Shown in pieces: positions 43,171-55,992 of a stretch of 64,000 nucleotides of DNA. The notes under the pieces were generated by a model. It saw only the letters and a list, made by a program, of their open reading frames with translations. It was not told where the DNA came from and did not search any database. Position 1 is the first letter of the stretch; every line of letters begins with the position of its first letter. This DNA comes from the human T2T-CHM13v2.0 reference genome, Homo sapiens. Location: assembly GCF_009914755.1 (NCBI RefSeq), contig NC_060940.1. One strand, 5' to 3'. The position numbers and the translations under genes are program-made.

Positions 43171-43369
43171 GGTCCCACCAGTTAAGCAAATCACCACGAA
43201 AATGAGACAATTATTTTTTTTGTCTCCGGTCTGCAGCCATCCAATTCATCATGCAGTGCCGAGCATTTACTTACAGCTCTGCCACGTGTCTATAGCACGG
43301 GAAACAGACATCATCTAAGCAGCTTTTCTAAGACCACAATCCATTGGCTTTTCTTTTCATTGAAATTTC
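43171..43369 (-). other. CDH8: 5'UTR part of CDH8 exon 2 (199 nt)
   Basis: Minus-strand acceptor cccttatctttcttcctccttgtttttgCAG|GAAATTTC (AG at 43371-43370) with a long pyrimidine tract. Confidence 0.88.
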
Positions 43370-43614
43370 CTGCAAAAACAAGGAGGAAGAAAGATAAGGG
43401 TCTACTCAAACTGGTTTTAAAATAAAATCACTGCTTTTCAAAAGCACCTGAAGTGAACAATAGTAGGCACTTCTCAAACTCTTGAGTTAAGAAAGTGGAT
43501 CTGAAGAATTAGAATAAGTAGCCTAGTAAGTCCTTTAATTTTTAAGCTTTATTTAGATTTTAGCTTTCATTGGTAGCTATGTGACCTATCAGAAACTGGT
43601 TTGCGTAACAGAAG

Positions 43615-43835
43615 TTCTCTTTTTCCTCCTTGCTTCTTTCTTTCCCATCTCCCTCTCTTCCTTCTTTTCTTCCTCTTGACTTTCCTCCTCCTCTGTCCAT
43701 CCCTTCCTCTCTCTTTCTTCCATTCTTTTTTGTTTTAACACTTCAGGGTGTATGCTAACACAGCCCACTTGTCGAACACACTGTAGGCCTTTTATTCTTT
43801 CTTTCTTTGTTTTTCTTTCTTTCACTTTTTTTTTA
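43615..43835. repeat. CT-rich low-complexity tracts
   Basis: Pyrimidine-rich runs on the + strand. Confidence 0.75.
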
Positions 43836-45669
43836 CCTGTTTAAAAGACACATTTTAGTTCCTTTTATGCTAAACTCCATGAAATAACTAGCTTTGAATT
43901 AACAACATTAAAAAAATATAAATGAGAATGGGAAGGGGAATTTACCCCAATTTTTACAATCTTAGCTTCCAGGATTCATCAGAAGGGATTGCCCAGTTCA
44001 GGGTGCAGAATGCAATCCTCTGCCAGGATGCTAATAATGAGTGAATAAAATTAGAATGCTCCCAGAGAAAAATTCTGTAATGTCCAGCTTGTATGCTATA
44101 ATCAGGACAGTGTCAGGGTCCCCATTCTAAATGTACAGTTAAACAGGAGATTTAAATTGTGGAAATCCCCCTTGGAAATAAAATATGGTAACAAATGTAA
44201 TGTTCAACTGAAGAGATTCAGAAAGGCAAGGGCACAAAAAAATCCCCATTACCTGAGGTGTCAGATACATTTTTTGCTTACCCTCAGCGTGGCAAAATGT
44301 GTTTCTTTACTCTCAAAAAAAAATATTTTTAAAGAAATAATGTTCACTGCAGATCCAAGAGAGAAGCTTTGCTGAATTAGACTAAATGGGAAAATAAGTT
44401 CTCAGGACACCCTCGGGGACAGTGTGGCTCAGGGAATTCATAAAAGGGGAGGAAACCTTTCACCTCTAGGTCTCTGGTTCCATTCTGGCTCAGAATAAGA
44501 AAGCTAGAAAGTCATTAACATTAGCTGGGCTGGTGAGTGGCCTTACTGAAGCCAGCTGAAAGGGGCAGACCCAGATTGTACTGCAAGTACAGGCAGTATC
44601 TGATCTAACAAGATGGCCAGTAGAATCACCCTGCTTGTCATTCTTTGCCTGGGCTCAGCTCAATCACCGGGACTCTATAATTTAAAAGGGCTTAACCTGA
44701 TGAGTATAGAGGAGCCACAGCAAGCAGCAGTTGCTTTGGAAATGGAAGACAAAGAAAACAGCTTTCAATGGGGAGCCAATACAGAGAAAACGGAGTCCAG
44801 AACAAAGTCTCCTCCTTTCCCTGGAATTGCAGAAAATCTTCGCCTTAAAACAGATTCCCCTTAAGTCTTTCTCTCATCCCAGTGTGTGAGCAGACCTTGG
44901 CAGGCTTCAAAACTTAAACTAAACAAAATTCAAAAAGCCCCCATAAAGAAACCCCCAAATATTTGTATCTTTCTGAATGGTCAAGCCACTTATTACTTTA
45001 ACAGCATTTACAGCATACCCATGCTGTGCTCTCTCTAGACCCGAGCGAGAAGTTGGTGATAAGGCATCTTGTGTGTGCTGAGGACTGTCTGTTCTGGAAA
45101 CAGATACACCTGGGTTTGGATCCCAGCTCACCCTGCTTGCTGTCTCTGTAATGATGGACAAGATAGTCAAGTTTTCTGACCTTCAGTCTTTTCTTCTGCA
45201 AAGTGGCATTAATAATAATTCCTACCTAACGGGACAATAGTGTGGTTCAGAAATAAGACACATGTAAACCAGCCAGATCATGGGAAATACTTGGTAAACT
45301 GGAATCCACGTGGTTATCCTGGGCTAGATGTGTGGTGATGACAGGATTCCTGCCCTAGAGAGGCTTTGAGAAAACAAAAAAAATGAATGAGCAGAGTGAA
45401 GCTATGTAACTTCTGCAGTAAAAGTTGGTAAGGTATGAGGGTGTCACAAAGTTACGCAAAGATCTTCCCTATGGTGGAGGATGAGGATGGTGCTAGAGGG
45501 GAAAGACCTGTGCCATTTAACACACATGGGGAGATCCATTCTAGTCATGGAGGCTCAGCCTAAACTTCTCAGAGAAAAGGGACTTAACTCTTTCCAGTTC
45601 TCCCCTACTCCATGATAGACCATACTTGAATGTGCAAAAGCCATGTATGTTATTCTCCAAAGGCATAAG

Positions 45670-45909
45670 TTTTGTTTGTTTATTTGTTTACTCAGGCTCA
45701 TATTTATGGGCTCAAGTGATCCTCCTGCCTCAGCCTCCAGAGTAGCTGGGCGTGCACCACCATGCCTGGCTAATTTTATTATTACTATTATTTTTAGAAT
45801 TGGGGGAGGGGTTGATCTCCATCTCGAACTCCTCACCTCAAGTGATCTTCTCACTCCAGCCTCCCAAACAGCTGGGGTTACAGGCATGAGCCACTGTACC
45901 TGGTTGGCC
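45670..45909 (-). mobile_element. Rearranged/partial AluJ
   Basis: gggctcaagtgatcctcctgcctcagcc...ttacaggcatgagccactg. Confidence 0.82.
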
Positions 45910-47814
45910 TGGGTTCTACAATAGCAGAACAATGAGATGGTTGTGAGAATGACCTCTAGTGTCAGCCTGCTTGGGGTTTGAGTTCTAATTCCTACACTGA
46001 CCAGTTGTATAACGGCGGAGGGAGGGATAATTAACAACAATAGCAATGAAACAATGATAATAACACTGATCTGACAGGTTGGTTTTGAGGACTAAAGGAG
46101 ATACTCATGGTACGTCAGATAGGATAGACTAGCATGCACAGTTCTTTAAAATTTTGCCAAACACTCTGCAAGTATACTCTGGCATCTGCTTTGTTGCTAA
46201 TGACTCTAGGATAAGAAAATTTCATCTAAATTTAAATTCATAATAGACATTTTCATGGAAACCACCAAGCAGCAATGAGGATGGACTGTGGTATGTTGGA
46301 TGGACTGCAGCATTGATTGCAGTGAGTTCCCTCTACCTGAACTCACCAGAATAAGTTAAAAAATGATAATAGACTCTGGACCAATGTTATGCAATGGCAT
46401 AGCTGGACTAGTCAGGATAAGTAGGTTAATTAAAAAGGGGATACGTGTGTAGTCACGAATAGTATCCACTAACACAATATCTTACTGTTAGATAAAGCAT
46501 ATAATGCCTTGCTTTGTTGTGTTCAAAACTGAGGCAGAGAATAATGAAATGATTTACTCAAGGAGCACTTCTAAGTAAAGAGATAACCATTATTTGAACC
46601 TAAGTAATGTAATTTCAAAATTCTTTTTGAACAAGACCGTTCCTCTCACTGTAGAAATATTTCATGAGCATATACTGTATGTCAGGTACTGGGGAGAGAA
46701 AGGCAAATGGGTCAGAACTGCTCTCTTCAGGAAGCAAAGAATCTGTTTGGCAAAGATAAAGAAATACATAAACAATTCACTGAAACGTAGTCTTAGAAGG
46801 TTTAAAAGAAATACAGAGTGATGGGTAAGCCACTCATATTGGCAGCATTAAAGAAGGTTTCCTAGAGGGGATGTCATTTAAATGTCGAAATAGAATTAAC
46901 CAACTGAGAAGGGGGTATAAGTGAAAGAACATTTCAGTCAACCAATGGATACAAACAAGACCACCAATTAATCTAGGATCTCTGAATGAATCAGCATCTA
47001 AGGTAATTTTCAAATTATTATTTGCAGAATCACCCAGTCCATCGTCACTCCATCTTTTTTCCTACCCATCAAATTCATAATAATGATGGTCTCTACAGAG
47101 TACATATTAAGTATATAGCCCTTTCCTCTGCCAGTTCTTTGTGAAGAGAAGAGCATGTTTGATTTCTCCAAAGGTCTAGCCATATACCACAGAGAGGGTG
47201 TGAGGGGCAACTGAGTGCTATTCCCGTGCAACTTCCCAATTTTCAGGGGTTTCTAGGGGTGAGATGGCCAATACCCTGAAGTCAATGGTATAGCCCCGGG
47301 GAGAAATTAGCCCAACTCAGGGGAAACCTTTCATCCACATAGGTCATTCCTGTCACATCGTCTGTAGGGAGCTTCTAGAGACTGAAACACTTATATGCCA
47401 TCTCTTAGATTTTGCCAAATTCTTAAATCATCTGTATTATTACTTTAAATTTTATTGAAATAGACTGTTTTTGAAATATTTATTTTTAAATGGAAAGCTA
47501 ATATTATTTTCCATAATGGAATATAACTTTAAAATTACGAGGTTAATAGCAAACACTTAGGAAGTACTCAGATAATATTAAATCATAAAGAACTATACAT
47601 ACACAGATATATACATATAGATTCATATCTATTCTTCAAAATAATATAATATTATTATTACTTTATTATAATCATTCTCATTGTAGAGATAACCAAATTA
47701 AAGTACAGGGAGATTAGTATTTTAAGTAATGTTTCATTTTTACTAAACCAGACACTGTTAAAAGCCTGAGGTCATCTCACTATTTGCTAAAAAGAAAGAT
47801 CAGCAATAGTTAGA

Positions 47815-48015
47815 GGCAGACTGGTTAATATTTAATAAGTGGCTCTTTGAAAGAAAAAATTCTGATTTGTAATGTTTTCTGATTTTCCTGGTATAAATAC
47901 TTCCACCATGACCAATTTTAAGCTTCCGAATGACCATTAACCAGCTCTGAAAATTACTGAAAATTTAACCATCAGCTCTGTTAAAACCCAATAAAGAGCC
48001 AATGCTAGCACACCT
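47815..48015. mobile_element. MER63-like hAT relic
   Basis: ctgatttgta...tataaatacttccaccatgaccaattttaagct...gaaaatttaaccatcagctct. Confidence 0.6.
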
Positions 48016-48017
48016 GT

Positions 48018-48190
48018 AGTGGGGTGCTTCTCAAATATTAACGTGCATCCAAATTACCTGGAAATCTTGTTTAAACACAGATTATGAATCACTTAGGTTA
48101 GTGTGGGATTTGAGATTCTGCATTTCTTATAACCTTCCTGCAGTGCTGATGCTACTTACTGATTTGAAAACCACACTTTGCGAAGCAAGT
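48018..48190. mobile_element. MER5-like relic
   Basis: cttctcaaa...attacctggaaatcttgtttaaacacagatt...gattctgcatttct...ccacactttg. Confidence 0.65.
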
Positions 48191-49813
48191 AGTTCTACAG
48201 AAGACCAGCTCGCAGCTCAGACCTCCTAGAGATAACCTAAAGGACTCAGTGGTGTGGTGGAAGAGTCACTTCCTCATGTCATTGAATGTCATGCCATGAA
48301 CTACTTAACCACCGCTGTGAATAAAGGACTGAACACATGGATTTGGGGAAACCTTGAACTAGGGTATATGAATATATGCAATTTTATATGATGTGACAAT
48401 ACTTTCCTCTCCTCACAGATCTATTTTATGTGAGGCACTGGGAAAATTGCTGAGCTAACTGGTGTGTTCACAGGCACATGCATGCTATCAGGGAGAGTTG
48501 AGACTTGGTCTTCAAGGCAATCCTGCTAATTCGAGAGGGATGGGACTCTGCTGTGACACTTGGAACCACACTATTTGTATGCTTGTACCTCTGCCATGGG
48601 CAGACTAACACTGTCCTCTTAGAACATCAGAGAATGGCTTTGTAGAAACTTGTGAGATGCAACTGAGTCTTATGTCAGTGTTATCAGTATTAATTAATAA
48701 CTGCGAATAGTAGCTGCATACACAAACTGCTTAACTTGATGCAAGGAAGAAGAAATTGAGCAAGGTTGTAAAGCTGGGGTAAAAGAAATCAATTTATTTT
48801 TACATTTTCCAACCACAGTATGTGTGTCTGACAAAGCAATCTACTTTATTATAATGCTGCTGCATTGATTTACACTCAGATAGTGAGATGAAGAGATTTT
48901 ACAGTTTCTCTGGAATTCTTACATATACGAAAGTCTTTAGAATTCCCCCATATGATGATATATTTTCCTGGGTAAAATACTTAAAATCTGACTTTTCATT
49001 CATACTTACATTTCAGAGATAGTTCTAATTACAGCCTGAATTTCACTCTGCTGATTCCAACATTATTTTAAGATGAACTCAGTCAAGTCACGGATATATA
49101 AGTCATTATGCAAAAACATATTACACCATCCGTTTTGTAAATAATGTGGATTAAAGTTCAAAATGATGAACAACACACTGATAGGTGACGTCTAAAACAA
49201 AAACAGGCTTTTACAGACACTTCAGGATTCAATCCAGCAGATTATTGTGGTTGACAGGAAACTATGCTTTTATTATCCACTAGGCTTAGCAGCCACAATA
49301 TTTCATGAAAGCAAAAATGACACAGAGGACCAGTGAGTTTCTATTAAAAATGTTTCTGACCTTGAATTTAGAGCCATTAGCAGCCTGTTTCAAAACAGGT
49401 AAATGCACATTGAATTCAAAGTGGTATTTCACGAAAGCAGGGGGTGGCGATTCAGTGTGTGACCCAGAGCAATTCACCCAAGCCCTGGCTGAATGGGGCT
49501 GAGCAGGTAGAAAAAGCCTTTGGATTTTAGAGAGGAAATACACTTGCATTTATTCAAATATAAATAATACAGGAAGATCACCTTTCCTAAAGCCTTCAGA
49601 ATTCTCTAACCAGATTCCCTTGGCAGAAACATATTCTGAAATTGTTTATGTAAACACACACACCCACACACATACACGTGCACATATTATTTTGTGTATC
49701 CTTCACTCAGCCACAACCCTTCCGGTCATCCTTTCTGGCATCAGACCACATATTTATCCAGATGTCAATCTGTCCAAAAGCATATTGTTTGCTTGTTTTG
49801 ACATCCAGAATAA

Positions 49814-50134
<321 letters not shown>

Positions 50135-53100
50135 TCAAATCCACTTTTTGCTCTGTTACTGCCATGTTACTCCTCTCTACCTGAAGTTTTTGTTTTCTTT
50201 AAGTTCTATAATTGCTGGTTTCCTTTGCAAAAATCAATAAATAAATGCCTCTCCTCCTCCTTCTTTCCCAAGGTAGAGTCACAAGTTTATTCTTCACGTA
50301 GAAATTTTTCTGTTACAGAAATTTCAGAATGGGGTGACTAAGCCAGTGACAAAGACAATAAAGTCAAAATAAGATCTCTTCTCTAGTGTTCTAGAACCAG
50401 ACCTTTACTTAGAAAACTTTCTTGGAATCATCAGTTTAGTTAAGATATTGAGAGTAATTTTCTTCTGTTGGGCTTTTTAAAGGCAAACCAGTATCAAGAT
50501 CATCCTAAAAAAAAAAAAACGAGTATCAGTCCCACAACTCCCTTGCCAGTTACAGACACAGTGGTGGCCAGAAAGTCATTTCTCGAGTCTAATCTAAATC
50601 CCTCCTTCTTTGAAGTCACGCCCTTTGCAGTCTTTAGATCACATGTTCAGAATTTAACAGCCAGAGACCTACTGAGTGACAACATTTCGTGCAGGTCCTT
50701 TAAATCATAGCAATCAATCAGAATCAACCTTCTTCTTATCAACCTTGTAATTCAGCCGAACTGTGGAAAGCCCCATGAGATAGCTGTTTAGAGCATTGAC
50801 TCTAGAGTCAGATAGAAGTAGTCTGAATCACAGCTCTATCGTTCATGAAATAAGTCACCTGGGCACGTTTATCTTATTTGTGGCAGGTGAAGAAACTGAT
50901 GCTCTGTGTTTAATACTACCTACTTTGAAAGATTAAGGAAGAAATAAATAAGGTAATTTAAAGTCTTTGTCAATGTAGCTATTGTAGTAACTATTTATTG
51001 GATGTTTCGAGTGCTTAACCGAAAATATTTACTGATTTTTAAAAATTATTTTATTGCAATCTCTTGCTGTGTATGTACTTCAGTGGGGAAAATTCCAATG
51101 TTCTGTGTAGACAGGTAATAAGTAAAGTAACTTTTTTAAACTCTTGATTTGTAAAACAAAAATGGCATGAACCAGGGTGGGTATAAATAAAATAGCATTT
51201 TAGAAATAGCTTTCCCTCTCCACAACTAACATACAATTAAAGCAATGACTTCGAGTAGTTTTATTAAGCCTCAGAAGGGCTGCATTTTTACTGTCCAGAA
51301 CGAACCACATCTTTCCTTCCCATAGAAGACATGACATTGTCCATGACTATTTTCTGCCGAGAGGACAGAGTACAAGCACTACCTGTTCATGAGTGAGCTA
51401 TTCTCTTTCAATCAAACTGTAGCCGCTCATTAAAAAACATTGCCTGGTACATATCTTTTACAAGATAAATTCCATTGCACTTCATAATCATCTACATTCC
51501 TGTGAGGACAGCACAAGTGGAAAGTCTCTACTAATTCCAAGATGAATCCAAGGTGATAGCTATATACTACTTAGAAGGGAGCTCAGAGAAGATAATGCTC
51601 GTCAGAGATTGCAACTAACTTTTTCTATTTATTTCAAGAAACTTTAGCATTGATGACAGAAATTAGATTTCTCTTCTCACTTAAGAAATGTGGAAATGGT
51701 TAAAATCACTTACATCCCATAATGGGGGCTTCAGAGTCTCTTATACTGAAATTGAAATGCAGCCAACGATCCTAGTATAAGTCATCCAGATTCTGCCAAT
51801 TAGATTACACTGTGTAGTAACCATGCTTACAAGTGCACCTTACTGTCACTCTTTCATGCTTCTAAAACTTTATAGCTTAATAACCACTCACTGACACTTA
51901 ACGTGAACTACAGACACAGGTGATGGATGAGTAGACAGTCAGATAGACAGCAAGCAATTATTTGACAAAAATACTATTGAGTTATGACCCAGAATGTATA
52001 ATTTATGAAAATTAAGGGAGTTGCTTATGCAGATTCCAAAATACGTATACAATCTTCAGCTACTATAGTTTAGTGACACTCAAAGGCAAGAGAAGATATG
52101 TGTTTTAACCCTCTGATAAAAATAAGTATGAATTGTTTTTTGTTTTTTTTTCATTTTTCTGAGCATCCCCATGTTGAAGATGGGAATAGTTAGACACAAA
52201 TGTGAATTCTGTTTATAAAGCTCAACCAGCAACAGACTAATAAAGAAGAAAATGTGCCTTCGTACTTTATAAATCAAATTTTGGAGATGAATCTTCTTAC
52301 ATAAAAAGGAAATAATTTCCTTGTGATATTTATACCATTCCTCCATCTACTTATTTTGTATCATTTATGTCACATCTAGAATCAAATAATCATATTTTAT
52401 TCATTAATCTATCTAGAGAGAAAAAGACATGGAAAATATTGTTCTGACTGCAAATGAACTATAAATATACTGTAATATTTTCACTTGATGTACATAAAAA
52501 AAAGTAAGGGGATTCCATTTAATATTCCTTTGTAATATCTTCAACATGCCTAAAATATCAATAAACACATCCACAAAAGTACCTTATCATGGCACACTAT
52601 TTTTCCCTGTGTCTATATGTGAGGGCCAGGTATCCTGCTGATTAATACAGAAGAGTATGGAATTGTCTTTGAAAACACCCATAGTTGCAATTCACATGAG
52701 GGTAAGGTGAACTGTTCAATTCAAATACAAAAATATATGAAAGAAAAAGAAGGAGGGCAGGAAGGAGAGAGGAAGTAAATTAATCCTTAATTATTTTTTA
52801 TACATTCTCAACAATGTACAGACATTGAGTCACCCATGCAGCAACTCCACAATTAGTGCATTTTTTTGCCAATAAAATATAACTTTGCATCAAATATAGT
52901 TTAATAGCATTCTTTGATGCAAGTCTAGTCTTGGAGGCATTCTCATTTTTACAAAGCTGAATTATGTCATTTTTTATATTCCCATATCATTTAAAAGATG
53001 ATTGTGAGAGAACAAAAATATGCTTTGTGGAACATGAGTAAGATTGATTTGAAAAAATGAGAAAAGCTGTGACTAAAAATAGACTTAGGAGGACTTATGA

Positions 53101-53427
53101 AATTTCTGCAGAGAAAATTGTGGTAGATAAGTCAAAATATTGAACTTTGGATATGATTGTATCTCTTTCTTTTAATGAAAATATGCTAGTGTAGGGTGCA
53201 GGGTCTTTGCTAATTTCTTATCGCATAAAATAAATATTTACTGAGCACTAACTCTGTGCTTAGCCCTGAACCATCCATCGTTCTAGCATTTGCAATTGTC
53301 TTTGGCAGTGGAGGCAGAGAAAGAAAACTGTTTGAAGGTTCCAAATATAAATGGTATTCATTTATGATACTTTCCAAAGAGATACAGAAAATCACATCTA
53401 TATACTTCTACCTACTAAGAGAACTTA

Positions 53428-53465
53428 AACACACACACCCACAAACACACACACACACACACACA
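53428..53465. repeat. Imperfect (CA)n
   Basis: Direct reading. Confidence 0.85.
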
Positions 53466-55938
53466 AGACATCCAAGCAAGAGGATGGATATTGTTTATGA
53501 TAGGAAATAGCACATGACATTTAAAACCCAGGAAATAAAGCTTAAAACTTGATAAGAAAAAGAAACAGTATTGGCCCCGGTGCTTTGCCATGAAGCAACA
53601 GAGATTTAGTTAGCGGCAACATATGGTAGAAGCAGCTAAATGGCATCCCTTGAACTTATTTCTTTTCTGACCTTTTGAAGTTGCCAGGTTCAACTAATTT
53701 TCTCTTCATGGTTACATCTAAAGCAGCTTCCAGAGACAGGAACAAACAGTTCAGCAGAAATAGATTCGCATCACAATTTTCTGTAAGAATGAATTGAGAA
53801 AGCACTAATAGCCCTTTGGTTAATTAAGCCCTGCTAAATCGGATGATGGCCTTTGTCCATCAAAAAATTGTTCTATTTCATAAACATACGTGTATTAGAT
53901 ACTGGAGGGGAATTCCCAGCGCCACAGATAACATTTTTTGAAAGACTGATCAATATACAAATCAGAGTAGCCAGAAAGGCAAATCAAATAATCTAAGGCA
54001 GATGAAATGGCAAAGGGAACATGATAAAAATCTCAGACTTGAGCCAATAAATGAGTTCGTTATCTGGGCACATTTTCAAGAAGCATGCTGTGTATATGTG
54101 TGTGTGTTATTTGCGTGCGTGTGTGTGTGTACATAATACAGAGCAACAAGAATTATCATTGGTTTATCTACACCCTCCCACCCTGAGAAGTGTATAACAC
54201 ACCAAAGTTAGGACGTTTTTCTTAATTAAAAAGCAAAGTTAGACCATTTCCTCTGTGAATGCCAATAGCGCTGAAAACAAAAAGAAAATTGTTTTTCTCC
54301 ACCAGCTACACTGAATAACTTTGTAACAAATATAAAATGACTGAAACCAGTTTCAGCAGCACCACTGAGCAGAATATTTTCAAAAAGAAGTCTTCGGACC
54401 TTAAATTGCACCTCTAATAGAAAGGCTTCTCCGATTATGCTTGTCCCTTGATTTGCCAGACACAAAAGTTTGCGGATGGACCAGAAAAGTGTGGTTGGAA
54501 ATACGAATTGAATGTCACTTTACCCCTTGAAAGCCTTTGGTTTTGCATGGAAAATCTGCTCAAATTGGAATGTTGATAAAGCCGTGAGGTGTGCCACCTT
54601 GAGTAGAAAAATAACAAAGATTGTCATTTTTTTCTTTAAAGCATTAATTTACCTACATTGATGACGTTTTCTGAACAGCTGTTGAAGTGTGGGTTTGAAC
54701 TTTTTAATATGTGCATGTTCTTTTTCCCCACCAATAAACAATGAAAGGAACCTGGAAAGCAAAGCCCAGAGGTACAATTTCTTGAATAGAATCATTATAT
54801 TCTCATTCTTTGGAGTTTCTGTGCTTTGTTCCAACAATCTGTTCCTCCTGACTAACAAGCAGTATCAGACCTTTGAGTACATTCACATCAGTCTTTACAA
54901 ATGCCTTCTCAAGTGGTCTTCTCCATCCAGCTGAGCATTCCTGGGCTGTTTGTTTGTTTTGTTTTACATCGATCATGCTGCCATTGGCTACTTAAATTGT
55001 GTTCAGTGCTAATTGAGGGATTGCTATAAATGAATACTGTGTTGACCACAGTTCTACATAATACCCAAATAAAGTTGTTTTCCAGTGTAAGGAATTCCTT
55101 CCCTTCAGAGTTGACATGTCTACAGCAGGCAAATGGAACTGCTATTCTAGTGAAGACTGCTATCAAATTTTCTGTTCTTTTAGCTAAATTCATGCAGCTT
55201 CAAGAACTCAAGAAATGCATCCTACACACCAGAAATGCAGCCAAGAAATGTTACAGAGTCTTGAATGTAGAGATTTACCCATCTTGAAGGCTTTAAGAGA
55301 CTGTAAATGATAAAGCAGAAGCACTGATTTCTAACAGTAATAATAATTAGTAATGTAAGAACCAATTTGCAGGGAGAATAGATTAAAAAGTTTGAATGAC
55401 AGCATTACAGCACAAGTTTCAGAGCACATTAGCCAGTGTCTCTAAAACATTTGGCCTATTTGCGATGGTCAGGGGATAACTTGACATTCACTTGGGGAGT
55501 GTGGGGATCAGAATGAGGAAGGTGAACTGCCACGGAAGGGCTCTGAATGAAGCAGTCCCCGGAGTTGCTGGAAAGACTCCCCTCTCTGTTTTCAGAGGGA
55601 TTTTCCTCAACTCCTCGCCTTCTTCAGAGTCCAGAAAAAAAAAAATCAAAGGCGATTTAAAATACTGTGACTGCTCCAGCATGAAATGACTATGTGACAG
55701 CGAGCTTCAAATCTGCTAAAGCAGAATTACAGAATATTATTATCAGAATTATTATTTAATAAGGGGGATAGCTCTAGAATTTATTCCAGCCACAGAGCTC
55801 GGGGAAGTGGAAAAACATGTCTGGACATGATGATTATGGAGAACTCCCTTTAAGGGAAAAAGAATGTAACCCTAAGAGAACATCCTTCAAAGGTACCACT
55901 TCTCTCTGTAGAAGAATCCCACTCCCAGCCCCCACCTC

Positions 55939-55959
55939 ATATATATCTCTCTCTCTCAA

Positions 55960-55991
<32 letters not shown>
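55939..55991. repeat. (TA)(TC)(CA) compound microsatellite
   Basis: Direct reading. Confidence 0.9.

Positions 55992-55992
<1 letters not shown>

Noticed and set aside
42799-43197. 132-aa ORF taken as a complete gene
   Set aside because: It is CDH8 exon 2 plus 9 upstream codons from a GTG and 39 intronic codons past a canonical donor.
54352-54372. REST/NRSE-like sequences (also 63728-63746)
   Set aside because: Only one half-site or the central core matches in each case; insufficient for a call.
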